A DNA stretch of 63,697 nucleotides, filler included, from Octopus bimaculoides (GCF_001194135.2; 4 parts of 4 records of this genome joined end to end with filler, not necessarily neighbours in it), one strand, 5' to 3'. Positions 1 through 15,191 are shown, numbered from the whole stretch's first letter. Numbers and translations are program-made. Notes: generated by a model not told the origin, from the sequence alone.

Positions 1-34
1 TATATATATATATATATATACATACATACATACA

Positions 35-70
<36 letters not shown>

Positions 71-299
71 TATATGTGTGTGTGTGTGTGTATGGGGAGG
101 AGCTGTATCATAATTGTAAGATGAAGAAAAATAGTGGTTCACCCGCCAAAATTATAAACAATAATGAATGACCCAAACAATACAACTTATACAGTTAGAT
201 GACAACAATATCATAAACATGATGGGAGTGTTAAGCATGATAAACTCGTTAAAATATAAATGGTAGGAAATTAATACCCCGGATACTAACAATAATATG

Positions 300-650
300 G
301 TGATTAGAATTCTCAGCCTACAATGCGTATACAGATAACAACATATTAGGAGATAGGTGCACGGATACTGTTTTGTGTTAACAAAGATTATCAGCAATTG
401 AGATGTAAACGTATTATGTTTACCAAGAAAGGCGGGCGGTCGGTGCCGTAAATCTGTCGTAACATTATATGACACCTGGATTTTAACACTGAAGCAACAT
501 CTCCTGCAGAGAAAAGAGCTCGGCAACTATGTTGCTGAAGTTTAGAAACATAAAAATGAAAACATCATTAGGATAGCTAATGAAATTGAGGAGAAACATG
601 AAATGAAAGCTGTCATTGATCTCTCCCTAAGGAACATTGTAAAATAGTAC
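300..650 (+). mobile_element. Decayed RLE-type (R4/Dong-like) LINE, post-RT region
   Basis: Manual translation gives FSAYN (310), then from 414 LCLPRKAGGRCRKSVVTLYDTWILTLKQHLL...NENIIRIANEIEEK, resembling the conserved LYLPRKxGGRGL motif; in-frame stops present. Confidence 0.65.
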
Positions 651-835
651 TTAACGCAACAAAAACAAAAACAAAAACAAAAATAGACCAGTTTATTGAG
701 AGCGTTGTATAGGGGTACTCTGAAACGAGAAACATAGCGTTGAGGAAATAAAGTTAACTAAAAGCCTGGAATCACATTCCGACATGTTAATAGCAACTAA
801 CCGTCAAGGTTAACAACATGCAATCCACGTATGAG

Positions 836-1219
836 AAATTTAGGTGCTACTTTGGCGTGTGATCTACAACTTCAAGGGCGATTACTTTAGGTTAGTTTTT
901 ATTTTCTTTACGTTGCAAAACACGCGGCTGCCAAACTTGTATGATTAATGCGCTTATTCTAATTATTATGTTATTTATTCTTGGTTTCTTATTATTATTT
1001 ATACTAAGACAAAAATGAAACATGGCTTTATTATTATTAAAATAGTAAGAATTTTGAAAAAATACATTTACAATGTTAATTATGTACAAAAGAGTTTATT
1101 GTAAAAATTCTGTATCCAACATGTTAAGGGTTTTTAGAAATTGAAAAGTAAACTAAAACGTAGCCTAAAGTAATCGCCCATTAGGTTGTAAATCACACGC
1201 CAAAGTAGCCCCGAAATCT
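836..1219. mobile_element. MITE-like element with ~55-bp terminal inverted repeats
   Basis: 846-891 GCTACTTTGGCGTGTGATCTACAAC...GGGCGATTACTTTAGG is the near reverse complement of 1164-1209; the match extends imperfectly to about 836/1219; AT-rich non-coding interior. Confidence 0.75.
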
Positions 1220-2888
1220 ACACCAGTAATTTCTGCACAAAAGACAGAATGCATCGGCTGACAAGAAAACTGAAGACTTTAACCCCCACGAGTCACTGTG
1301 TAGTAGCCAGAGCAAACTGAAATAAAATCTGAAATAAAAAGAAAATAATAATTAATTAGAGAAGCACTCGGTAGGCGCAGACTTCTGCCAAGCTCATTTT
1401 AAGATAGATACGAGAGTAAAATTACTAATAGAGAAACGAAAATAAACTTTGGAAACAGCAACGCCACCATAGGTTACGTGGAAACGATGAACGTGTTTCC
1501 AAGGGAGATAATCAAAGAACGTAACATTGTAATACTTCAAATAAATATAACAAATGAAAAATCCTTCAAGAACCCATAAAAATTCCCGGATCACTACAAA
1601 AATATTATCATCTGTTTCTTGTGTCGTTACCAACATTTTCTGCAAGTTGTGAANNNNNNNNNNNNNNNNNNNNNNNNNNNNNNNNNNNNNNNNNNNNNNN
1701 NNNNNNNNNNNNNNNNNNNNNNNNNNNNNNNNNNNNNNNNNNNNNNNNNNNNNNNNNNNNNNNNNNNNNNNNNNNNNNNNNNNNNNNNNNNNNNNNNNNN
1801 NNNNNNNNNNNNNNNNNNNNNNNNNNNNNNNNNNNNNNNNNNNNNNNNNNNNNNNNNNNNNNNNNNNNNNNNNNNNNNNNNNNNNNNNNNNNNNNNNNNN
1901 NNNNNNNNNNNNNNNNNNNNNNNNNNNNNNNNNNNNNNNNNNNNNNNNNNNNNNNNNNNNNNNNNNNNNNNNNNNNNNNNNNNNNNNNNNNNNNNNNNNN
2001 NNNNNNNNNNNNNNNNNNNNNNNNNNNNNNNNNNNNNNNNNNNNNNNNNNNNNNNNNNNNNNNNNNNNNNNNNNNNNNNNNNNNNNNNNNNNNNNNNNNN
2101 NNNNNNNNNNNNNNNNNNNNNNNNNNNNNNNNNNNNNNNNNNNNNNNNNNNNNNNNNNNNNNNNNNNNNNNNNNNNNNNNNNNNNNNNNNNNNNNNNNNN
2201 NNNNNNNNNNNNNNNNNNNNNNNNNNNNNNNNNNNNNNNNNNNNNNNNNNNNNNNNNNNNNNNNNNNNNNNNNNNNNNNNNNNNNNNNNNNNNNNNNNNN
2301 NNNNNNNNNNNNNNNNNNNNNNNNNNNNNNNNNNNNNNNNNNNNNNNNNNNNNNNNNNNNNNNNNNNNNNNNNNNNNNNNNNNNNNNNNNNNNNNNNNNN
2401 NNNNNNNNNNNNNNNNNNNNNNNNNNNNNNNNNNNNNNNNNNNNNNNNNNNNNNNNNNNNNNNNNNNNNNNNNNNNNNNNNNNNNNNNNNNNNNTTAAGG
2501 CAGTACGCATCGTTGAAATGGTTCTTCCCACGAACACAAATTAAATTATTTTCGTGGAGGGTAGTGGCGGATGGAAAACGAGACAGGAAAACGAAACGGT
2601 GAATGAACAAACAAGCAAAAAGGCTGTACAGCCAGACGTGAAGTGTGTATGTATTGAACGCTATGAAGCACGAACAGGAGGGGCAAAGAAGTACGTGCGA
2701 GCTTGTGGAGTCCAAGAACGAAAAGAAATAGCAGCCGGACACACGTGACCAAAGCTGTGTAAAGAGAGAGAGTAAGAGTAGCAGAGGGAAAAGAATGGGA
2801 GGAAGTAGAATAAATGTGAGCAACGAGAGGTAGAGAGAGAGAGAGAGAGAGAGATAGTAGTAGTAACGGTGAGAGGCGAAGGACGAGT

Positions 2889-2937
<49 letters not shown>

Positions 2938-3303
2938 GAGAGAGAGATAGTAGTGACAGGTAGTGGCGAAGAACAGTAGAGGGAAGAATGAGAGGGGGAG
3001 ATAGATATAGAGATAGAGAGAGTCGCGTTAGAAAAATAGTTAAAACTTACTGTATAAAGGTTAACGCGTGCGTTCTGTTGTGATACAAACACTATATGAG
3101 TATATGCATATATGTACATGTACATATATATATATATATATGGAAAAAAAGTCAAGGTAGAAAATGCTAAAATAATTTTTAAAAAAAACCTTCCAGTACC
3201 GGTTTCAGTCACTGAGACTTTTTCAACTGTAAGCATGGAAAACAATTAAATTTTGGAAAAATTAAAACAAAATTTTTTAAAAGACTATTTGCATAATATA
3301 TAT

Positions 3304-3343
<40 letters not shown>

Positions 3344-6300
3344 NNNNNNNNNNNNNNNNNNNNNNNNNNNNNNNNNNNNNNNNNNNNNNNNNNNNNNNNN
3401 NNNNNNNNNNNNNNNNNNNNNNNNNNNNNNNNNNNNNNNNNNNNNNNNNNNNNNNNNNNNNNNNNNNNNNNNNNNNNNNNNNNNNNNNNNNNNNNNNNNN
3501 NNNNNNNNNNNNNNNNNNNNNNNNNNNNNNNNNNNNNNNNNNNNNNNNNNNNNNNNNNNNNNNNNNNNNNNNNNNNNNNNNNNNNNNNNNNNNNNNNNNN
3601 NNNNNNNNNNNNNNNNNNNNNNNNNNNNNNNNNNNNNNNNNNNNNNNNNNNNNNNNNNNNNNNNNNNNNNNNNNNNNNNNNNNNNNNNNNNNNNNNNNNN
3701 NNNNNNNNNNNNNNNNNNNNNNNNNNNNNNNNNNNNNNNNNNNNNNNNNNNNNNNNNNNNNNNNNNNNNNNNNNNNNNNNNNNNNNNNNNNNNNNNNNNN
3801 NNNNNNNNNNNNNNNNNNNNNNNNNNNNGCGTATGTGAGTGTGTTTTTTCTGAATGTGAATATATCGCAATATTAAATTTTGTTTTCATGATCCAAGACT
3901 GACCTTCTGTTTTAATTAATTTTCAGTAAGGGGAAGTTGTGCATATATTAGTCCCATCCCAACCTCTTCTTTACATGCTCTACCATGATGTATAATGAGT
4001 GAGACAGCAATGTCAGCGAGTAGACCTAAAAAGGTGTTGATTCCTGGTGCAGGATTTGTAGGAAGTCTTTTATATTGTCATGTAATCAATCTCAAATCTG
4101 TTTTTCCTATTACATTTACATAGCAACCCGTTAACCAGTTTAACTCTTCTGCTATATGTAAACATCTGTATATGTGTGTATGCAAGCAAGTATGTATCCT
4201 AAACGTTATACATGAACTGCAGGCGTTAAAAATAGTCCCTTTCATTTGATTGTCGAGACATATGATCGACGATTTTCCAGTCAGTTACCATCCCACCGTT
4301 TTTGTCTGACAATATATCTACGACTGCAATATCCAATGTTTTCAGCTTTGTCTAAGACAGCAGGGTGTATCTCGAGTGTGAGTTCGCTGGCATTTCTAAC
4401 ATATCGTGCGACTACGCAATGAGGTCTCACTAGTTATTCAATTGTTTATGTTACTTAATATCATGGCTCATTTGATCGACTTACTTATAATGAAAGGCGC
4501 CCCTGCCGTCACATTCATTCTCCAACGTATCATGTCTTGCTTATATGACAGGTTTAGATTTTATGAAGATTTCATTGCTTTTTCGGTAGGTTAAAGGATC
4601 TATTACATTTTTATTCGTTGACTCGAAAAAATACTTCATTAATATTGTGTGGTTAAACAAGGAGGCTTGTTTAATGCATGTAACTTTCAAAGAACAGTAA
4701 GTAATTCATGAAAACTGAAAACAGGTTTTAAATAAATATTTGACGAAAATTTCTGAGGTTCGATCCATCGTTCTATGAATTCATGGCTTGAGATCACAGT
4801 CAGTCGAACATTCTGATCTCGTCTTACCCTTTCATCACTGTCTCTCTTGAAATGTAATCTTAGCAGCATCATGATACACCTTATTTTTAGCAAAACACTA
4901 TGAACTAATCAACATATACTAGAAATATTAACACAATTAGATTTATCAACCCAGGCAGATAAACCACCAAAAGAAACTCTACAATCTACTGGACATAGCA
5001 GGCAAATCTCACTTAAATTCCAGATTACCACCTAAAAAAAAAGAATATCATGGATGATGCGGTTCTTGATCACCAGCTTCTGAGAAAATTTCTACCTAGG
5101 GAAAATTTCAGTATTTCTGCAGGAGATATGGATGTTCCACAACGACGTTGTTTGTAGGTTATTAGAATACTTTTCCTTGATATTCTGTGAGATAAATATT
5201 AAAATAACTCCTTAATGAATGGTTTTCTAATAAATTATGTTGTGTACAAGACAATGAAATATATAAATCTAGAAATATAAACAAAAGATTAAATAAATGC
5301 ATTCTGAATGCGTCCGTCTTGAAATATAAAATGGAGTGATCGTGGAAGAAATGCGTTTGATCATAGGCCTCCTCTGTCTATATAGGCCTTAGGGTTAAAC
5401 GAAATTGCCAGCAACACATCGTAAACTTCGATTTTCAACCATAGAATTGATATAATTATCCCAATAAATACAAATACACAAAAAAAAAATACTGAACACA
5501 TATATAGAAACTTTAATATTAATATCATTCTGCCAATCACAAAAACACTCGTTTTGATAACAGAAGCTAATCGAAACTAATATCATGAAAACAGTCACAA
5601 GTAATTAACATTCTAAATTACTAGCAACTCAAAGAGAAACTCCAATAATAAAATATGAAATAAGAAGCAAAATAGAATATAATCGAAGGAGTATGTCAGT
5701 TCGCAAAATATCTTTTATCTTTTAGTTATGGGGGAAAGTTGTAGTCAGGATCATTTGCAGGGCCATTGAGACTCACGGAAGGTATCATCAAACCGGAGGA
5801 CTGACCCGAATGTTTTCACTAGAGTAGTTTGCATTCATTGAATTCAAGGTGACAGGCAGAAGTGTTCATTAAATCGGACGAAGGATTAGAGGTTGGCATC
5901 TATGTAAGTCACGGTGGGATTTGAGTGCAGAATGATAAAAGCCAAAACAAGCATTACAAGTGGTTTCTTCAGTGTTCTCATACTTTCACCAATCTACTGT
6001 CCTGGATTGCTAAATTTCTACCGACATCGAAAAGATGAAACATAAAGGAAACTTCGGCCGGATTTGAAATTAGGGCGAAGAAAATCAGAACATACTGCGA
6101 GACATTATATCTGACACTCTAACTAAAACGTTGCTCGCAGTATTCAAATGTATTTAATTTAAAACGTATAGTTTTACTAACAACACCGTTCACACACGCA
6201 TACACACAGTATGTGTGTGTGCGTGTAAGGAGATACATTAAAAAATGTATTTTATCAACCCCAGTGCAAGACATCATATGCGACTTCCGTAGGATTTCGA

Positions 6301-6752
6301 TTCAAATCTCGAAAGCATGAAGACATATAACTAAATTCACAAAATATTTTGCTACCTTTACTCCACCTTTTCAGTTGACAAACGATCTATGCGTAATATA
6401 GCACTTTGTTTATCACGGCTATATATGCTATATATTTATAGAATAGTCACATCATTTATAGTCATCATTTCTTCAGAGAGATTATGTTTTAGAGAGTAAA
6501 GAATAAATTACATACCAACATATTAATAGAAGCATCAAATTAAAACCGTGAAATTTTTGCTGATTTCAGCATTTGAAATACTAGTAAAAACAAACTACAT
6601 GCGCATTTCTTTTTTGTTTGTTTAAAAGCAAAAAGATTAACATTATTTGATATGCCATCCCTATTTGATCGCAATAGGGATGGCATATGCGTGTGTGTTT
6701 GTGCATACATACATACATACATGCATACATACATACGTACGTACAAACATAC

Positions 6753-6783
<31 letters not shown>

Positions 6784-6831
6784 AGCAATGTTAATTCTCT
6801 AAATGAAGTATTAACAGTAACTGCACGATAA

Positions 6832-6991
6832 AGTGTAGTATATTGCCACTTAAGTGTGGCTGACCCCTAGGGGTGGATGTTACTGTTGCTTTTAGCCCCA
6901 GGAGGACATCTCCTCCAGCTGGCTTATCGACACACGACTGTGTCCTGTTTGCCAAGGGAAGTTATCCCTCTTACCATGATCTGTAGCACGA
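6832..6991 (-). mobile_element. Young structured repeat, copy 1 (hammerhead-bearing family; truncated by gap)
   Basis: About 125 bp identical to 57252 onward, with the same sharp boundary (AGTGTAGTATATTGCCACTTAAG); runs into the N gap just before the ribozyme core. Confidence 0.85.
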
Positions 6992-7718
6992 NNNNNNNNN
7001 NNNNNNNNNNNNNNNNNNNNNNNNNNNNNNNNNNNNNNNNNNNNNNNNNNNNNNNNNNNNNNNNNNNNNNNNNNNNNNNNNNNNNNNNNNNNNNNNNNNN
7101 NNNNNNNNNNNNNNNNNNNNNNNNNNNNNNNNNNNNNNNNNNNNNNNNNNNNNNNNNNNNNNNNNNNNNNNNNNNNNNNNNNNNNNNNNNNNNNNNNNNN
7201 NNNNNNNNNNNNNNNNNNNNNNNNNNNNNNNNNNNNNNNNNNNNNNNNNNNNNNNNNNNNNNNNNNNNNNNNNNNNNNNNNNNNNNNNNNNNNNNNNNNN
7301 NNNNNNNNNNNNNNNNNNNNNNNNNNNNNNNNNNNNNNNNNNNNNNNNNNNNNNNNNNNNNNNNNNNNNNNNNNNNNNNNNNNNNNNNNNNNNNNNNNNN
7401 NNNNNNNNNNNNNNNNNNNNNNNNNNNNNNNNNNNNNNNNNNNNNNNNNNNNNNNNNNNNNNNNNNNNNNNNNNNNNNNNNNNNNNNNNNNNNNNNNNNN
7501 NNNNNNNNNNNNNNNNNNNNNNNNNNNNNNNNNNNNNNNNNNNNNNNNNNNNNNNNNNNNNNNNNNNNNNNNNNNNNNNNNNNNNNNNNNNNNNNNNNNN
7601 NNNNNNNNNNNNNNNNNNNNNNNNNNNNNNNNNNNNNNNNNNNNNNNNNNNNNNNNATATATATATATACACGTACACATATATTTAATGAACACACATG
7701 CATTTACATGCGCATATG

Positions 7719-7797
<79 letters not shown>

Positions 7798-7813
7798 CAC
7801 ACAAGTAATTTGA

Positions 7814-8012
7814 GGCAGCGAGCTGGCAGAATCGGTAGCACGTCGGACGAAATGCTTGGCAAATTTCTTCCGTCTTTAAAGTTCTGAGTTCAAATCCGTC
7901 TTTGATTTTCATCTTTTCGTGGTCGACGAATTAAGTACGTTGTAAACTAGTGTCGATGTAATCGGCTCGCCCTACCACCAGATTACAGTCCTTGTACATC
8001 CAGTAAAAGGGA
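7814..8012 (+). mobile_element. tRNA-derived SINE family A, diverged full-length copy
   Basis: Head GGCAGCGAGCTGGCAGAATC, B-box-like GTTCTGAGTTCAAAT, central TAAGTAC...GTCGATGTAATCG domain shared with about 20 other copies in the window. Confidence 0.85.
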
Positions 8013-8781
8013 TATATATATATATATCCATATATATATATCCATATATATAAATACATACATATTTAAGCACGCACGCATGCACATGTGTGTGTTGATG
8101 GAAAAATGTGTGGAAAAGGATTCATGTACTGATTACAAATGTAAATACTGTAATATTCGTGCCAAATCATTAAGAGAACATCAAGATCGTGATCATTAAT
8201 TTGTAGGTTAATTCATTGGACATATTTTAACCCAAAGACATTATTAGATTTCCGTGTAATAACAGTGAACAGTGCTAGTAATAAGCGGCCGCTGGACATG
8301 AGCCAGATTTTAACATTAATTTTTACCACACCCATAATTTACCAACCTAACCTAGCCCAACCCAACTCGCATCACATGTAATAGTATAGTTCTGTCTCTT
8401 GATTTATGCTCGGGGAAATCGCTCCGAATTAGTTGAGTGACTTTTCCCAACTGGTACGAAAGATCTAGATGACACAAACATCTGACAAAATGAGGCTAAC
8501 TTCAACGAAGTTTTTCTCGTTATTTTCTTTTTAATTTTCCATCAAAATTCTTATCCAATATCAGGAATGCGAACTTATTCTAAACCAACAACAGCAACAA
8601 AATTAAGAAAAACAACAACTACTACTACTACTACTAGTAGTAGTAGTAGCAGTAGTAGTTGCTGTTGTTGTTGTTTTTGTTGCTGCTCGTGTTGTTGTCA
8701 TATGAACGACGATAACAACAACAATAATTCATTTTTTTTATCGTTTGATCTTTTTGTCGCAGAAGCATGAAATATTACAAA

Positions 8782-8830
<49 letters not shown>

Positions 8831-9559
8831 GCACAAGGAAAGGAATGTGGAGTTAGAAAGTATACAAGATATGAATACAAGATCAACACACATACATATG
8901 TGTGCATGTGTATATGTATAAATGTATGCCTGTGTCTATATGTATGTTTCTATATAAATAATGTATGTATATTTACATAAACATACGTATGCATGTATGT
9001 ATGTATGCATGTATGTGTGAATGTATGTATGTATGTATGTATGTATGCACGCATGCATGTATGCATGTATGCATGTATGTATGTATACATGTACGTACGT
9101 GTGTGTGTGTGTGTGTAGATATTAGGATTAACATTTAAGTTGCAAAGAATATTACAAAAAGAGTTACAAGCGCACGTAAAATGGAAGTATAACGCTATCG
9201 GACGAGCAAGATGTGATCCCTTCATCAGTTGCCCAGTGGAAATCATCGCAATTTCAGCACCTAAGGTATTATTGTTTATTCCACTGATGTCCCTAGCTAA
9301 TTAAGTTACAAGGATGCAGTGAGGGTACACGAAAAAAGAAAAGCAGAAATACAAAAGGTAAAAAAATAAAATTGCATTTGTCTTTCGATCAGTGTATTAG
9401 ATAGTGCAATGTACGAAGTGAAATGAACAATATTGCCACAGGAGCTGAAATTGTGATAATTGTCAATTGGCAACTGAAGAAGGAATCTGATTTATGCCCC
9501 TCTATTGCTATATTTTCGTGTTTCCAGTTTATATCCTCATACGTACACACATTCGTAAT

Positions 9560-9663
<104 letters not shown>

Positions 9664-9740
9664 TACATGCAAACATGCATGCATACATACATATAATAAC
9701 CCACACTATGCTAGAGGCAATAGCCATTCATAATTAGAAG

Positions 9741-10106
9741 GAATACTGGTGGAATATCCTAGTGAAAACTTCATTAAAATATAAATATAATATACTTGAC
9801 ATAGTGATTTGGGATAGAGAAGAGAAACTGTGTACAGTAGTAGAAACCAGCTGCCCAGCGGATGTTACCATAAAGCTAAAGATGAGCGAAAAAGAAAATA
9901 GCTTCGCTGAATAATTGAGAAATCTTCAGCTACTCTACACAGATTACAAGTTCAGGTATATACATGTAATTACTGGGACGCAGTTATATGAAACACACTA
10001 CCCAAGTACCAATCTTCACAAATTAGGTTTCTTTAAATCATAAGGGAGAAATCTGATTCGAAGACTACAGATCCAAGCCATCTCTGGAACAGCAAAAATT
10101 TGTAAA
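9741..10106 (+). mobile_element. Decayed RLE-type LINE, restriction-like endonuclease domain
   Basis: Translates EYWWNILVKTSLKYKYNILDIVIWDREEKLCTVVETSCPADVTIKLKMSEKENSFAE*LRNLQLLY...LIRRLQIQAISGTAKIC, the typical (R)PDIV...E.scP.d...EKxxKY pattern of RLE domains; stops and frameshifts present. Confidence 0.85.
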
Positions 10107-10207
10107 AATGGAACTTTAAAAAAATTTCAGATACAGCATTGTGTATACATATAGATGTTTTCGATCTAGTTTGGATTCTTCGCTATCAAATTGGAATTCT
10201 TTACCAT

Positions 10208-10270
10208 CAAATTTGATTGCAAAGAATTCAAAATTTGATGGCAAAGAATTCAAATTTGATGGCAAAGAAT
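10208..10270. repeat. 21-22 bp tandem repeat x3
   Basis: CAAATTTGATGGCAAAGAATT repeated three times. Confidence 0.9.
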
Positions 10271-10432
10271 CGAAACTAGATCGAAAACATCTATAATACG
10301 AAGTAAATTCTTATCTGATATGCATGCATACATACATACATACATACATACATACATACATACATGCATACATACATACATGCATACATACATACATACA
10401 TACATACATACATGCATACATACATACATACA

Positions 10433-10465
<33 letters not shown>

Positions 10466-12453
10466 GCATTTGAATTGAACAGACAAAAAAAACTGTATCC
10501 AATACATTTGTTCTTTTATTTGAAATGGTTGCTACTAACAGTAGCTTTTCTGATTTTTTTTTCACTACGTGCAATCTTTCAAGCGACAAAATATGCACCA
10601 ACCAAGTAAGTATTCATCTCTATTTTGTCAACAAAGATTTGTGATTTTACCACCATGTTAGGATTCATTTTATGTTTGCTATAACTGAAGAGTCTTTCAT
10701 ATTTATAAAATAAACGCAGGAGATTTTCTGTGGAGAACATTAATGAAGTTTGATTTATATACTTTAAGTTATTGGATACTTTTACACTGACTTGACGACG
10801 GAGTTTGCCCAATATTACATAGTTAATTCGTTACGTAATGTATTAGGTTAGACACTTCTTTTGCGTGTTGCCATTACTAATATAATGTCACATGTCATAC
10901 TTTTCCTGATTAGTTTGTCCTTAATCTTCATTTATCAGGCAATTGTTATATAATTAGTCTTCGGTTCCATGTCAAGTGTTGTGTATAAGTAATTTTCTTT
11001 TAATAAACGCATCGAAAGAAATACTTGCTTCCAAAGAGTTAAAATGTTAAAGAACCTAATGCTTTCCATCTCGTCACATATAAATGGAACCATCCTAAAA
11101 GTCTATCAAAAGCTATGGTGATAAAACATTCTGACTCCCTTCGTGAAATGTTGACACCAATTTAAATAAGTAATGGAAATATACGAATAATTTCCCAGAC
11201 TAGAAAATAGCAAATAAAAGTAGAATGGTAAAATATAATGTAACTAAGGAACATTCTAAACAAATTTAATGTGTTCTGTTCATTCTAACTTAAATTTAGC
11301 TTCTAATAAATGTTGCTATCTTCTTGGAAACTACATTTGTTTGACACCTTGTCTTATCATGATTACTTAGGGACCAAGGTTTAGTTTCCCATTCTCCGAG
11401 GGAAAGTGTTTGCTGATAAGAAAGCTATGCTATTAGTAGTAACCAATGATACACATATTTTTTAATCTTGTTACGTTTCTTAGCTTTGGCATAGAAAAAT
11501 GGCTTAGAATTGATTAGAGAAAAGAATATAGTGATTGTGAGAAAGCTAATTCTTCACAGTAGCTCTTTCGTTATTTCTGTGAGGTCACACCATAAACAAC
11601 TAGAGACTATAGGTAGGAAGAGGATGAGATTCGAGAATATCTGCTTATCAGAAACAATATTTGGGGAAAAAATCAATATAATATAAGTAGGAAAAAAAAA
11701 ACAAAAGCAGAATTATATGCCTATGTTAAGGTTTATATAGTTAGGTGCAAGATTCCTATTAGACTCAAACAAAGAATCACGAAATATCGAGTGTCTGTGT
11801 CAGGAACAAAGAAATAAGAATGCAATGCAGAGAATGATAATCTGAACTTTAGAACAAAAGGAAAACGAAAAACAAAAATCGATACATCTTAGGATTGAGT
11901 TATCATTTGTAAATTCTGTACTAAAGCTACAGAGGGAGGAAGTGATTAGATTAATCACAGGAGTGGTGATAGGTGATGTACTTTAGTCGTATGTTCATGA
12001 ACGTTATTCTGCTCGATCCTCAGTTGTAAATATTTCACAATAGAAGATCCGTTCAGAAAAATATCGAGACTTCCTATCCCTAAATATCTAGAATATCTTA
12101 TTTTTCATATTTGCATATGTATTCATGAATTAGAACCATCGTCCTACATCATTCAGTAACACAATTGAATTGTTTCTTTAGTCTATGGTTTACTTAACGA
12201 GTCGCTTAACTTTCAGAATACAGTGCTGTTATTGCTGACCATCTTATGGATTTATTATTGTTTAATACGGTCTTCAGTTTCTACATACATTTAGTGTAAG
12301 ATGAGGACAATGGTAGACTTTGATTTACGATATAGGTGACTGCTATATCTAGCTGGCTGTTCATTCACTTACAACCCCATGTTTTGAGTTATGTTTCATC
12401 TAATGCATACAAAATCACTAGGACCCTGATAGAAAGGTACACACATACATATG

Positions 12454-12640
12454 TCTAGTATATAAATCACAGTATATGTGTGTATAATGACTAACACATG
12501 CATAATTCTCAACCGATTTTCACCAAACTTTACACACACATTACTTGTGTCCCAAGGATGGTCATGCATTGAATATTTTGCCCTGAGTTCCGGCGTTAAT
12601 GTAACTAAATGGACACAGTTTCTTGTTGTATGTAGGGTCT
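12454..12640 (+). mobile_element. Possible non-autonomous Helitron-like fragment
   Basis: Begins TCTAGTATATAAA and contains CAACCGATTTTCACCAAACTTTACACAC, resembling 5' parts of invertebrate non-autonomous Helitrons; recognition only. Confidence 0.3.
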
Positions 12641-13097
12641 TCCATACATTTTTAGTCGTTTTATAAAAGTAAAAGGTTTTTGTCTATTTATTTATTTCGA
12701 CTCCCCACTTGCCACGGTAATTAAATTGACTAGGAACACTGTATGCAATGAATATCCAATACCAAACAAGCTTAATTTTATTTAAACTGCATTAAACTTT
12801 GGCAAGCTTACCTTTCCCTATTCTGAGTTACTTGAAAGGTGATGTTTCCTTCCCTCTCTTCTATTTGTTTACTTACCAATGCGTTGTTTCACTTTAAGGA
12901 TGCTTATTTACACATCCATTATGGTATTTCGACTGTTGTCCATTGTTGCAAATACGTTTTAGCATTGTCGTTCCAGCTTTTTGAAACAATCACATATGAT
13001 TCGGCCCAAAGACTCAACCTTTAAATAAAAGTTTTGCTTCCACTAGCGAAAGCTATATGTATCTTTCAGAAAGCTCCATACCAATTTAACTTTATGC

Positions 13098-13131
<34 letters not shown>

Positions 13132-13429
13132 NNNNNNNNNNNNNNNNNNNNNNNNNNNNNNNNNNNNNNNNNNNNNNNNNNNNNNNNNNNNNNNNNNNNN
13201 NNNNNNNNNNNNNNNNNNNNNNNNNNNNNNNNNNNNNNNNNNNNNNNNNNNNNNNNNNNNNNNNNNNNNNNNNNNNNNNNNNNNNNNNNNNNNNNNNNNN
13301 NNNNNNNNNNNNNNNNNNNNNNNNNNNNNNNNNNNNNNNNNNNNNNNNNNNNNNNNNNNNNNNNNNNNNNNNNNNNNNNNNNNNNNNNNNNNNNNNNNNN
13401 NNNNNNNNNNNNNNNNNNNNNNNNNNNNN

Positions 13430-13471
<42 letters not shown>

Positions 13472-14754
13472 TGCGATAAATTGGAGAAGCGGTGACGAGT
13501 GACAATTTTGCAAATACTAACAATATTTAAAGCTTATAGGCGGTCACCGTGTATTGACTAAAGGAAATTGTCCCCAATATTTGACTATTTTCTTTAGTCT
13601 ATACACAATGATCACTTATAAGCTTTAACCTTATAAATATTATCAATATATATAAATACATATATACCAGTGTGTTCCAATCCATGAAATCATTGGAAGG
13701 GCCTCGTCTCCCTTTAGCATCTTAAAGGTAGGAACTTCCCATCTTAACCTTTACCGCGCTTGGAGGACTTAAGTCCAGTAATTTGGAACTAATAAACTCA
13801 GTTCTTCTAGCAGTGAACTATGCTTATCCCTGATAATTACCAACAGTTGGGTCCGCAAATTTCTTGCGGATTAAGTGACTTCGTGATGCTAGAAGCAACT
13901 ATTCTTCGCCAGTAATGAGATAGGAACCATCGATTTCTTAGTCATCAGGCAACAACTTACTTTCACTAGATCAACTGAGCTTAATATCTATATGAAGTTA
14001 ATTACACCACAAGCGCAGCACTTGCAATTTAGATAGAATATCAGCAATCATATAAAATCGTTTGAAGTCTTCTGATATATAATATGCTTCCTTTCACTTA
14101 TTCTACCCGTATCCCAATGGAACGGATTATTCATTCGGCATAGCGGAGCTTTCATTAAAATACCCTCAGATATGATGCAGGCTACAATGCAAAAGTATTT
14201 TTATTAGAACTAAAATAGATAAGTCGAAATAGGTTTTATTAATATAGAATGAAGAAATGAAATTAAAAAAATATAAATAAATTCTCAAGAAAGAACTTTT
14301 GTTTTTAATATTCTAAAAGAAATTGAGGAATTTATAGTAAATTGAAGAAATGGTACTCTTTGTATTACCACACCCATACACGTATAAGTATGTATTATAT
14401 TTTCACATTGGTAGCAATGTGTTTGTAAGCATGTATGTGTGTTCGTATATGTATATTTAAAATGTATCAACGTATATGCATGTGTATTTTATTTTGCATG
14501 TGTGCATGTATACATATTAATTTAAAGTAATATCGGGTAGAAAATTCAATGTAAAAGATATCAAAAGAGAACAACTTATTATGGAGCCCAGTGTGGCAGA
14601 AAAAGATATTATTATTGTAGAAACTGTAGCAGTGCAGCAGTAAAACTTCAGATATTGCAATTTTCTTTTTAGCTGAACACATACATGCATACATGCATAC
14701 GTACATGCGTCCAAACACACACACGTATATATATTATATATGTATATATACATG

Positions 14755-14791
<37 letters not shown>

Positions 14792-14889
14792 GCATATATA
14801 GGCATATATATACATACATATATATGCATATATACATATATGCATACATACATACATATACATACATACATACATACATGCATACATAT

Positions 14890-14961
<72 letters not shown>

Positions 14962-15135
14962 GGAGTGTCTGTGAGTTTATGTGTGCCTGTGTGTGATGTA
15001 TGTGTATACATTTATATAGGTATATATATGTATGTATATATACATATGTATATAGGTATATATGTATGTGTATATACATATACATACATATATACATACA
15101 TACATACATGCATACATACATGCATACATACATGC

Positions 15136-15191
<56 letters not shown>

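Noticed and set aside
4828-4879. Possible minus-strand exon VYHDAAKITFQERQ* with a GTAAGA donor
   Set aside because: Weak acceptor, stop codon just before the donor, no recognisable homology and no partner exons.
10560-11900. Possible old Penelope/LINE relics here and at 13600-14200 and 31160-32210
   Set aside because: Too decayed to assign by eye; motifs could be chance matches in AT-rich DNA.
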